Notes under the pieces: generated by a model
What the model was told of the DNA's origin: nothing
The model's input: only the letters and a program-made list of their open reading frames with translations
Databases searched by the model: none
Made by a program: the position numbers and the translations under genes
Part shown: in pieces, positions 40,332-49,541 of the stretch
Numbering within the stretch: the stretch's first letter is position 1
Layout: every line of letters starts with the position of its first letter
NCBI GenBank assembly: GCA_036339735.1
Contig: JAYZAL010000088.1
Location: 1-64,000, forward strand
Reading direction: 5' to 3'
DNA length: 64,000 bases
From: Candidatus Poribacteria bacterium
Lineage (GTDB): Bacteria; Poribacteria; WGA-4E; UBA9662

Positions 40332-41540
40332 TCATTCATTATTTTTCACTCTTCCCACTATTTGTGATGTAGTGGCAGACAATATTTTATATCGGACTCC
40401 TCCCCAAACAATTTCTTTTCTGAACAAGGTAATTATAACATTAAAGGCGGCGACGATGGATGAAAGAGGAGCGAAAATAGATGATCGATGAATGTTTCTT
40501 TGAACTTCTGATTGTGACCTTAACCATTCAGGCAATATGCGCAGCGATATTCGATAACATTGAATTTCGAAGAATGGGACTAAAAAAACAAGAGATAATG
40601 GGACTGGGTCAAGCCAAAAAATGCTCGGCAAAGCAAAAAGCAAGATCACATTTTTGGGGACAGAGCCTAGAAATGTAGCTAACCAAGCCTTACGGTGCCC
40701 CATCCAAAATGTCATTATCATTTGACGGTTGGTGAACTCCAAGACTTGACTCCATGTACGCATTTCAGGTCGATTGATGGTAATACAATCAGGAACAAAA
40801 TGGATTTTTTGTTCCTGATCTTTGACAGCATGAGTGAGGTTGTGATCCTCAATAGTTGCGTTAGACCAGCGTTGAATAATTTTTCCAGTTTCAATTAACT
40901 TTCGCCGAATTGCGTTAGACCCTCCCCATACCATAGTCGCTGCAGGATTTGCTTGAAGAGGAATCTGGAAATTGACCCAAGCAGCTTCTGTATAGGATGC
41001 TAAACTAGCAGTTTGAGGCAAGTACAGCCTCGCTCCAACCGTTGCGCCAATTTTTTCATCCTGAAGAGGTTCAACCAAGCTTGTCAACCATGTTTCATGA
41101 ACAAACGCATCTGCATCTACAAAAGCAATAATCTCCGTTTCTGCCGGTAATTGATTGATTACTGTAATCAAATTTTGTATTTTTTGGGAGCATGAGAGCT
41201 GGTCATCTACGATATTGGGAGCAATTACGACATCAGCATTTTCAACACTTTCTGTCAATCGTTTTAAGTGGCAGTAAGAAACATCAGCATGTTTCGCTCC
41301 CATTGCATGAGTTACAAAGTGAAGTTGATAATGGCCTTGGTAATCCTGACTAAGCAATTGGAGCACATTCTTTTCTGTTTCCTGATCCCACCCGTAGTGG
41401 GGTGCTATAACGGCCACTCTTGGGTAGTAACTTCCTCGTTTTTGCTGTCGCTCTCTTGTCACATACAAAAACGAACGAAAAACCACGTAACATTCGCATA
41501 ATAGTACCAAATAACAAGTGCCAATTAAGTATAAACTCAT
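40332..41540 (-). CDS. Membrane GT-A glycosyltransferase (GT2/GT21, ceramide glucosyltransferase/HpnI-like)
   Basis: N-terminal TM, QKIQNL, DAD, WGGSNA, ED, NRQM, C-terminal TMs and IVWGGVRY. Confidence 0.85.
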   Translation of the reverse strand: MSLYLIGTCYLVLLCECYVVFRSFLYVTRERQQKRGSYYPRVAVIAPHYGWDQETEKNVLQLLSQDYQGHYQLHFVTHAMGAKHADVSYCHLKRLTESVENADVVIAPNIVDDQLSCSQKIQNLITVINQLPAETEIIAFVDADAFVHETWLTSLVEPLQDEKIGATVGARLYLPQTASLASYTEAAWVNFQIPLQANPAATMVWGGSNAIRRKLIETGKIIQRWSNATIEDHNLTHAVKDQEQKIHFVPDCITINRPEMRTWSQVLEFTNRQMIMTFWMGHRKAWLATFLGSVPKNVILLFALPSIFWLDPVPLSLVFLVPFFEIQCYRISLRILPEWLRSQSEVQRNIHRSSIFAPLSSIVAAFNVIITLFRKEIVWGGVRYKILSATTSQIVGRVKNNE

Positions 41541-41690
41541 TGATAATTGCTCGTGATTTCACTCCACTTCATGGAAACAAAGAATCTATCATAGACTTCG
41601 ATTCCAGTCAACCTCTTTGTCAGATTTGATGCTTCATTTTTAGATATTCGGAGTCTGCTAAAATGAGACTCATATGTCGCCTTCCAATCC

Positions 41691-41720
41691 TTGACACCCC
41701 TTTATTAGCTGTGATAGAAT
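41691..41720 (+). promoter_or_regulatory. Sigma70-type promoter of the large permease operon
   Basis: TTGACA (41691-41696), 18 nt, TAGAAT (41715-41720) preceded by TGn. Confidence 0.6.
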
Positions 41721-41869
41721 GCCGAAGTATCGTCTTTTTTATACATATCTTTAACACTTGATTGAGATTTTATGACTATTGTACACATTCAAGTGTCAGG
41801 ATGTACGGCCTCACCGACTTTTTTCATATTCCTTTGCAATTTACAAGGCACAAGGTGGACCTGAGTTTT

Positions 41870-44800
41870 ATGATAAGAATTAGCAGTGATTGGTATTCAC
41901 CGGTTTTACGTAGATCAGTAGTGTTTTTTTACCTGCTTTTGATTGCGAGTTCAGTCCTATGGGCGCAGCAAGATTTATCTTTGAGCCTCTCGGAGGTTGC
42001 TGTCCAGATTCGAGAGCAGGTGAATATTGGAAATATCCGAAAAGATATTGCTAGACTTTCGAGTCTTTCGACACGGGTAACGGGCTACCCACAAGCGGCC
42101 AGTGCCAGTAAGTATGTATTTGACCGGTTTGTCGAAATCGGTTTGGAAGATGTTGAAGGGCGAGATTTCCCTATCACAGTCCCAATTGACAAAGGTAATA
42201 GTCAACTAGAGATAATCGGCAGTAATACGATTTTTAAGCTTTCACCTCTTTGGCCCAACCTTGTTCGAACTTCTCTGATTAGTGATGGTATTAAGCATCG
42301 TGTCACCATGGGTGAAACATTGGATCAGATTGCTGAATCTTATCAGATTGATCGACAAGAAATCATCAGCCATAATACATTTTTGCAAGGAGATGGAAAG
42401 GGGCAAACGCTTGTTGAGGGTAATGAAATTTTTATTCCAACAGGTGGATTAACGGCACCCATTATTGATGGTGGAACTTGTGATCTGAAACAATTTAACG
42501 GTACAGATGTTGGTGGTTTTTGGTATAAAGTCAAACCGACTGATACCATTGAGCTCGTGGCGCGACAGAATGGGGTTGGCGTCGCTAGCATAACAGACGA
42601 CATTCTAAATCGTCATCTGCAAAAAAACGAAGATTCAATAGACAATAATGTGAATGGGGAAGTCGATGAATACGGAGAAATCCCCCTCTTATCCGAAATA
42701 AGTGAGTGGGCGACTGATGGTATTGATAATAACGGCAATGGTTTGATCGACGAAAAAGTGGGGGCCGACAGGAATGGAGTAGATGACGATGGCGACGGTT
42801 TAGTGGACGAAGATGATGAGTTTGTGGCCGCTGATGAATCCCATATTTTTATACCTCGTGGTAGTATCGTTTTAGCAGATTTTAATTCTGGAACGAAATG
42901 GATTAATGGTTCCATGTTAGGCGCAAAGGCGGTCGTTTTTATTGAACCTGACGTAACTATGAGAGGGGAAGCCGAAAATAAGTTCCTCACAGTTCCAGCG
43001 AATATCCCCCGCTTTTGGATTGGTAAATCTGATGGGGAACAGCTGAAAAGATTAATTAGTTCTTCTAATCAAAGTGGAGATGATCTAGAGGTACGACTGA
43101 GCGGAAAAATCAAGTGGGAAAAGAAAGTTGGACAAAACATTCGTGGTTTCTTGTCAGGTTCCGATCCACAACTAAAAGATGAAATGATCGTTATTTCAGC
43201 TTATTACGACTCTATGTCAGTAGTTCCCTCGATGGCCCCCGGGGCTGAGCCAACAAGTGGGATTGCAACGTTAATGGAGTTAGCTAGAATTTTTCGATCT
43301 CAAGCATTTCGGCCTGGGCGTTCAGTTCTGTTCGTTGCCACAGATGCTCATTTTCAAGGCCTGTCGGGAATGCGAGCTTTCATGGATGGTCTCGGTCAAG
43401 ATGTGATCGGTGAAATAGAAGATTCTGCTGGGACACCTACCATGCACGGTCTCCGTCGAGGTATAGATACGGATCTGCATGAGCTAGAAGAATTAGGGCG
43501 TAAAATAGTATTGTCAATTGATCGTAATGTTTTAGTAGATCTCCCCTCTGATTTTTACGGTCATATACATCAAATCAATAGTGATCTGAATTCTCTAGTG
43601 ATTACCCTAGATGGACTCGTTGAAACCCAAAACAAAATTAGTCTGCTAACCAAAGCGCAACGAGATTACAAAGAAAAACGGAAAAAAAAGACTCAATCTA
43701 CCAAAAAGCGAGAAAAACAAGACTTTACAAAAGAGGAAGAGTCTTTACTTAAGGCCAATTCTGCTAAATTTAAGAAAGAAGCAGAGCAGACGGTTCAATT
43801 TCTTCGCGATATTATTTTTCGCTTAGACCGACTACAAGAGGTCGCCATCGATAAATGTCGTATCGCTCAACAAGAATTACTTTCCAATGTAGCTTTGCCC
43901 ATGGCTCACCTTGATTTGTGGGCATTAGATCAATTGACAGAAGATCTACAGACTAAGCGGATTGGAGGGAAATATGGCCAAACACCTGAAAGTTCCTACG
44001 TTAAACCTACAGAGATTAGCAAGGGTAAATTCGTCCTGAACGAACCCGCCAACTTCACTGGAAACCCTGATCATATTGAGACACTCAGTACCTATCTACA
44101 TGACTGGGAATTTGAAGATCCAAGAAAATTCACCCTACAATACAGTCAAGAGAAATTACTTGATCGACATCTGGCTTTCAGAGATTTGCAGAAGATGAAA
44201 TCCGCCCGATCTACTATTCACAGTGGTACAAAGTCTCGTGAAAACTATGTTGAGCAAGAAAAAGAAGTACTGAAACAGGTTGCAAATGAGATCGACAACT
44301 CCAATCAAGCATCTACAGCAGTGGGAAATTTTAAAAGTGTAATCAATCGATTACGGAGTGACCCTTTAGCCGAACCAAAAGTTGACGTCATTGAAAGTTA
44401 CCTAACTGTTGAAAGTAGAAAACGTTTGAGGGACCTCAAAACTGACATTCAGCGGAAACTAGATGAAAAATCTAGCGAAGCAGAAAAAGGGAATTCAACA
44501 GCATCTATAGAAGTCGCAATCACTGATTTAACAAAGGATAAGCAGGCGATCTTGGAAGTCGGAATGAGAAACGCTCGTGTGGAAAAACAGCGGGTAACTG
44601 ATTTGATAGATGGCCATCATCAGCTAGAGCGACTTTACCTGAAGGAAGAAGAATTAGTACTTCGTAATTACTTGGAAGATTCAGAAGTAGAGTCTGCTTT
44701 GGAAGCCCGCCTGCAGATAGGTGCTTACTTGACAGAAAGTCGTTTGCTCTCCTACATCAAAGAGCGAGCAGCGAATGATATTATTGAGTTGAAAGCTTTG

Positions 44801-47800
44801 CAAAATCAGATCAATAATCTTAATTCTGGTTTGCCAGAAGAAACTAAAGATTTGCTTCGAAATAACATGATGACTCTCAGGAATGCGCGCTTTCGTAATA
44901 TTCAAACAAAAGCTGAGCGATTGTTCCGAATTAGTAAAGTGGAGTACAGCCGAAAAATAAAGGCTATCGAACAAGCAATAGCATTACAAGACACATTTAA
45001 TCGTTTTTATACTTCATTATTCATCTCTGTTGACCTATCTAGCCAAAGTAGTAAATTCGGCGTTTTTAACAAAGGTTGGTTTTATGATCAACAGCCAGAA
45101 CATGTTCTTCGCCGTGAGTTTGCATCCATAGGTAACCGATTAACGGAGTATGCTAATCAGGCCGATTTTGGAGAGCGAATTGACAAACTGTGGCAGTTTA
45201 CTGATGACCAGATTCAAAGAGGGATAGCTACTAGTCAGTGGTCGGTAGCCTCAGGAATCAAACCGAAAGAGAAGCTTGAGGGTAAAACACTAGAGTCTTT
45301 GATTTCCAATCACTACGATACTTTGACTGGACTGGGTGGAGTCTCTCGCCTAATGCGAATGCAGTTTGAGCAAATGAAGGCTAGAGGTGAACCATCAGAG
45401 GATATGCTCAAAGACATGGACTATATCCGTAAAGAGGTTGAGCGATTTGTACGAAATGATATTCGGTCAGCCCGAAAAACACGTAAAAATCTAATACGTC
45501 GTACGAACAAGCTGAAAAGTCAACTCGCACTCAGAGGTGAAGATCCTGCTCAACTAACAACAGACGAGATTGATGACATTAAGACCTTGATAGGGATGGT
45601 TGGTTTGGGAGGGGATAGCAATTTTGTTAATGCTATTTCAGCCAGTGGTGGAAAAACTTGGCGGACCCACATTCCGGGTAAAATTGCGTTTGATAGTGAG
45701 GTTGCTACATTAACTGGTAAGACTGGAATCGCTTTTGCAACAGTGGATGATCGGCGGGTTTTGACCGATACGCCTTTAGATACTATTGATCGCATGGATC
45801 TGAAAAAAGATGGAAACCTACACGTTCAAATCAAATCTCTGGCATCTATTTTAGTCCAGGCTTTGCGGGACCCTTCGATGCCAACAGCTGCTCGTGTTGA
45901 CAATTTTTATTGTAGTTTAATCGGTAACGTTGTTGAATTCGATGCTAGAGAAAGCTCTGTCCCTGATAAGCCCGTTCCAGAACCAATTCTGACGATTCGT
46001 CGTAAACATAAGTCAATGATGGGAGTTCGTGGAGACTTATTCATTATGGGCGATAACCGAGGCGCTTATGAAGTTACGGGGTTAGCTATGGAGGGACGGG
46101 CGACTAATAGGATTGGTGGTGCTCAAGAAATCGAGGCTTATGTACTCGATAACGACTCAGGAGACATTACTTATGCGCCTGATTTAGGGAATTACGGAGC
46201 CAAGCTTTTGCCGAATAAAATACCAATTGATCGGCGGAGGCGTGGAGCTCCAATAGTAGTCTTCAAATGTGTGTCGACAACAATCTATGATTTAGTTGAC
46301 CAGCGTTATCTCAGAACTTTAAGAAACTTGGATGTGTATGATGCTGCCACTGATAGCGCGCCGGAAAAATTTGGTGTTTCAAAACCTTGGCAACAAGAAG
46401 GTGTTTCTGCAACTGAGCCGATTGCTCTGGTCTATTCTGAGCCTAATAGTCGTTTGAAGTTAGGAATGTCTTACGGCCAGATTGGCAAACGCTTACTGTT
46501 AATTAAAGCTGGACAAAGTGGAACTAAAAATCCAACCCTTTATACAGGAGAAGGTTTTGTAGTTCGAGAGAATGGTTCAATTCGAACTACGCCTTATGTC
46601 GTCGTTCGAGACATGTGGTGGCTGGACGAAAATCGATCTCGTTTGTATAAGCGTTTCGGTATCAGTAGTGAGCGTTTGGACCAACTTCATCACTACGCTA
46701 ATGAAAATCTTTCTCAAGCCGAAATAGCTCTTAAGAAAGGTGCTTATGACTCCGCTATGCAATTGGCACGTTCGGCTTGGGGGTATGAGTCGCTCGCTTA
46801 TCCAGATGTCAAGAAGACAGGGAACGATGTAGTCAATGGAGTTATGTTTTACTTGGCACTTCTACTTCCTTTTTCTTATTTCATGGAACGGTTAATATTT
46901 GGTTTCCCCAGTGTAAACAAGCAACTGATTGGTACATTCGCTATTTTTGTTGTGTCTTTCGTTTTTCTTGCAATGGTGCATCCAGCCTTCCAAATTACAA
47001 CTACCCCAGTTATTATCTTAATTGCTTTTATTGTTCTGGCTTTATCAGTTATCGTAATTGCTATTATCATCCGCAAATTTGAAGAACAGTTGGAAAAAAT
47101 CAAGCAAGAATCCTCCAAAGTTTATAAAGCTGATGTCGGGCGACTGTCAGCGTCAGCAGCAGCTTTTAGTTTAGGTATTTCTAACATGAGAAAGCGAAGT
47201 GGACGGACAATTTTGACCTCCGCCACTTTGGTCATTTTAACTTTCACTGTGATTTCTTTTACTTCAGTAAAAACGTTTGTCAGACCTAATAGAACAACTT
47301 TAGGGACCGTAACTCCCAAATACAATGGGATGCTGATACGAGATCAATATTGGAGAGCATTAGAAGAACCCGTATATACTTCGATAGCAAATGATTTAAC
47401 TTACAAGAACATTGAAGTATCTGATCTGATATCTAGGAAAGAACAGGAAATTCGACGTCTTAAGGGATTATCTGATCAGGGTAAAAATAAGTCTATACAA
47501 AGCGACTTACAAACTCGAATTAGTAAACTAACTCAACAGATAGGGAAATTGGCAAGCCTATCTGACGTCAATAGTGAGCCAAGTTCTGTCAATGATGAAA
47601 AACAAGAAATCCAAAAATCTCAGACGCAGATAATGGTTCGAAACGTTGTAGCACCGAGGGCTTGGTACCAAACATCAGGAACAGGAGACCAATCTTTTGT
47701 TCAATTGACTCGAATCGAAAATCCAATTGATCCTTTGCCACCTTTGAATTCCGGTAATAAACCCAAGCAGTATCAAGCTAACATGTTGGTTGGTATGAGT

Positions 47801-49288
47801 CATGAAGAGCCAGATATTACTAGTATAGATAGTCATTTAATTTACGGAAAGTGGTTCCTTCCTGAGAACGATAGCGAATGGCCAACTGATTGGCCTAACG
47901 CTTGTGTTTTGCCTAAAGGGATGGCGGATATTCTGGGTATTACCGAATCCGATATGGGAAAAGCTACTGTCCAAGTTGGTGGTGCTAAGTATACGGTCAC
48001 AGGGGTTCTTGGGCTAACTTTTAAAGACTTAAAAGATAATGACGGGGAAGAGCTAACCCCCGTCGACTACCAGCTGATGAATCAGCAGCAATCTCGTGGT
48101 GGACAAGGCGATGAGACATTAGAAGGTGAATTACAGAAGTATATTCATCTTACACCAGACAGTATAGCAATTCTGCCTTACGAAGTAATCATGAATATGG
48201 GCGGTAAACTTCAGTCAGTTGCCGTTAATATGGCCCGTAATGAGTACGATTTGGCCGAGCTAGACCCCATCGAAAAATTAGATCTAATTATGGTACCTTT
48301 GATGAATCGAGTGGCTTTAGACTTGTTCGTTGGCCGAGGGGATGAAGCTTACCTGTATAGTTCAATTGGGATGACTTCATTTTCAGGAATGACCAACTTG
48401 TTTGTTCCTATCTTGATCGCTTCATTAATTGTGTTGAACACTATGTTAGGAGCTGTTTACGAGCGGGTGCGCGAAATAGGTATTTATAGTTCAGTTGGTT
48501 TAGCTCCAGTTCACATTGCGTTCTTGTTCCTAGCTGAAGCATGCGTATACGCTGTTTTAGGAGCAGTAATTGGTTATCTATTTGGTCAAGCTGTGGCAAC
48601 CGTTTTGGTAAAATTCGGTTTGATGGGTGGATTGACTCTTAATTATTCATCAATGTCGACGGTTATTGCAACTATTGTGGTTATGATAGTGGTGATGGCT
48701 AGTACACTTTACCCCGCTATTAAAGCTGGTAGGATGGCTGTTCCAGATATTGAGCGAAAGTGGAAATTACCTGAACCGGATGGGGATTTGTGGCATTTCA
48801 ATCTGCCATTTACTGTTCTGGCTGAGGAAGCATTAGGCTTGAATATCTTCATGAAAGACTATTTTGATGCTCATGCTGATGAGTCGGCTAGTGATTTTTA
48901 TACTGACCAGGTATCTTTCAATCAGGTTGCCAGAGATGATGAAATAGAGTACAGCTGTAGTATGATGGTTTGGTTGGCACCCTATGATCTAGGAGTTAGC
49001 CAATCAATTAGACTAGTGACTTCGCCCGTTGGAGGCGAAGAGGAGGATTTGTACAATATCACCTTAGAGGTTGATAGAGAAAGTGGTGAAATTGCTTCGT
49101 GGAAACGGGTAAATCGCCGGTTCTTGAATTTGATTCGTAAACAACTTTTGATTTGGCGAACTTTTGGCGCTGATGTACGTGGTGAATTTCACGAGCGTGG
49201 AAGACAAGAAGGGATTGAAAATCAATCAATTACTTCAAATTCGGAAGATAGTAGCAGAACAACACTGACGCCGGCGACAGCTACCTAG
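41870..49288 (+). CDS. Giant fusion: signal peptide, PA/M28 peptidase-like domain with LysM and acidic-repeat inserts, FtsX/MacB-like ABC permease (~2470 aa)
   Basis: RVTGYP, LGAKAVVF, NIRG...IVISAYYD...APGAE...ATLMELAR (M28-like). LysM HRVTMGETLDQIAESY and YKVKPTDTIELVARQNGV. FtsX signatures ISNMRKRSGRTILT and VYERVREIGIYSSVG. ATG 41870 follows AAGGTGG. Confidence 0.85.
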   Translation: MIRISSDWYSPVLRRSVVFFYLLLIASSVLWAQQDLSLSLSEVAVQIREQVNIGNIRKDIARLSSLSTRVTGYPQAASASKYVFDRFVEIGLEDVEGRDFPITVPIDKGNSQLEIIGSNTIFKLSPLWPNLVRTSLISDGIKHRVTMGETLDQIAESYQIDRQEIISHNTFLQGDGKGQTLVEGNEIFIPTGGLTAPIIDGGTCDLKQFNGTDVGGFWYKVKPTDTIELVARQNGVGVASITDDILNRHLQKNEDSIDNNVNGEVDEYGEIPLLSEISEWATDGIDNNGNGLIDEKVGADRNGVDDDGDGLVDEDDEFVAADESHIFIPRGSIVLADFNSGTKWINGSMLGAKAVVFIEPDVTMRGEAENKFLTVPANIPRFWIGKSDGEQLKRLISSSNQSGDDLEVRLSGKIKWEKKVGQNIRGFLSGSDPQLKDEMIVISAYYDSMSVVPSMAPGAEPTSGIATLMELARIFRSQAFRPGRSVLFVATDAHFQGLSGMRAFMDGLGQDVIGEIEDSAGTPTMHGLRRGIDTDLHELEELGRKIVLSIDRNVLVDLPSDFYGHIHQINSDLNSLVITLDGLVETQNKISLLTKAQRDYKEKRKKKTQSTKKREKQDFTKEEESLLKANSAKFKKEAEQTVQFLRDIIFRLDRLQEVAIDKCRIAQQELLSNVALPMAHLDLWALDQLTEDLQTKRIGGKYGQTPESSYVKPTEISKGKFVLNEPANFTGNPDHIETLSTYLHDWEFEDPRKFTLQYSQEKLLDRHLAFRDLQKMKSARSTIHSGTKSRENYVEQEKEVLKQVANEIDNSNQASTAVGNFKSVINRLRSDPLAEPKVDVIESYLTVESRKRLRDLKTDIQRKLDEKSSEAEKGNSTASIEVAITDLTKDKQAILEVGMRNARVEKQRVTDLIDGHHQLERLYLKEEELVLRNYLEDSEVESALEARLQIGAYLTESRLLSYIKERAANDIIELKALQNQINNLNSGLPEETKDLLRNNMMTLRNARFRNIQTKAERLFRISKVEYSRKIKAIEQAIALQDTFNRFYTSLFISVDLSSQSSKFGVFNKGWFYDQQPEHVLRREFASIGNRLTEYANQADFGERIDKLWQFTDDQIQRGIATSQWSVASGIKPKEKLEGKTLESLISNHYDTLTGLGGVSRLMRMQFEQMKARGEPSEDMLKDMDYIRKEVERFVRNDIRSARKTRKNLIRRTNKLKSQLALRGEDPAQLTTDEIDDIKTLIGMVGLGGDSNFVNAISASGGKTWRTHIPGKIAFDSEVATLTGKTGIAFATVDDRRVLTDTPLDTIDRMDLKKDGNLHVQIKSLASILVQALRDPSMPTAARVDNFYCSLIGNVVEFDARESSVPDKPVPEPILTIRRKHKSMMGVRGDLFIMGDNRGAYEVTGLAMEGRATNRIGGAQEIEAYVLDNDSGDITYAPDLGNYGAKLLPNKIPIDRRRRGAPIVVFKCVSTTIYDLVDQRYLRTLRNLDVYDAATDSAPEKFGVSKPWQQEGVSATEPIALVYSEPNSRLKLGMSYGQIGKRLLLIKAGQSGTKNPTLYTGEGFVVRENGSIRTTPYVVVRDMWWLDENRSRLYKRFGISSERLDQLHHYANENLSQAEIALKKGAYDSAMQLARSAWGYESLAYPDVKKTGNDVVNGVMFYLALLLPFSYFMERLIFGFPSVNKQLIGTFAIFVVSFVFLAMVHPAFQITTTPVIILIAFIVLALSVIVIAIIIRKFEEQLEKIKQESSKVYKADVGRLSASAAAFSLGISNMRKRSGRTILTSATLVILTFTVISFTSVKTFVRPNRTTLGTVTPKYNGMLIRDQYWRALEEPVYTSIANDLTYKNIEVSDLISRKEQEIRRLKGLSDQGKNKSIQSDLQTRISKLTQQIGKLASLSDVNSEPSSVNDEKQEIQKSQTQIMVRNVVAPRAWYQTSGTGDQSFVQLTRIENPIDPLPPLNSGNKPKQYQANMLVGMSHEEPDITSIDSHLIYGKWFLPENDSEWPTDWPNACVLPKGMADILGITESDMGKATVQVGGAKYTVTGVLGLTFKDLKDNDGEELTPVDYQLMNQQQSRGGQGDETLEGELQKYIHLTPDSIAILPYEVIMNMGGKLQSVAVNMARNEYDLAELDPIEKLDLIMVPLMNRVALDLFVGRGDEAYLYSSIGMTSFSGMTNLFVPILIASLIVLNTMLGAVYERVREIGIYSSVGLAPVHIAFLFLAEACVYAVLGAVIGYLFGQAVATVLVKFGLMGGLTLNYSSMSTVIATIVVMIVVMASTLYPAIKAGRMAVPDIERKWKLPEPDGDLWHFNLPFTVLAEEALGLNIFMKDYFDAHADESASDFYTDQVSFNQVARDDEIEYSCSMMVWLAPYDLGVSQSIRLVTSPVGGEEEDLYNITLEVDRESGEIASWKRVNRRFLNLIRKQLLIWRTFGADVRGEFHERGRQEGIENQSITSNSEDSSRTTLTPATAT

Positions 49289-49339
49289 GTTTGTTTGTGC
49301 TAAGGATCAAATTTTAGAACTAAAAATTGGGTATAGGAA

Positions 49340-49510
49340 ATGGAAAAAGCTGCAAGTCTTGTTATTATTATTGGTGTTTTGTTCTGGGTCGCTTCTATCC
49401 TAGTATTTAAAGGGCTATGGAGATTCCAGATGTTGTCGGCTGGAGTGATTATTTTCGGTATAATCCTAGCCCATACTTGGGAAGAGTTGTTCCGTAATGA
49501 AGATGACTGA
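49340..49510 (+). CDS. 56-aa two-TM small membrane protein (absent from the ORF track)
   Basis: Hand translation MEKAASLVIIIGVLFWVASILVFKGLWRFQMLSAGVIIFGIILAHTWEELFRNEDD. Fills the intra-operon gap in the same orientation. Confidence 0.7.
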   Translation: MEKAASLVIIIGVLFWVASILVFKGLWRFQMLSAGVIIFGIILAHTWEELFRNEDD

Positions 49511-49541
49511 CCCAGTTACTATTATCTAATGGAGGAAGAAT

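Noticed and set aside
41762-41869. 36-codon N-terminal extension of the giant permease
   Set aside because: The TTG has no RBS; ATG 41870 has AAGGTGG upstream and begins a plausible signal peptide.
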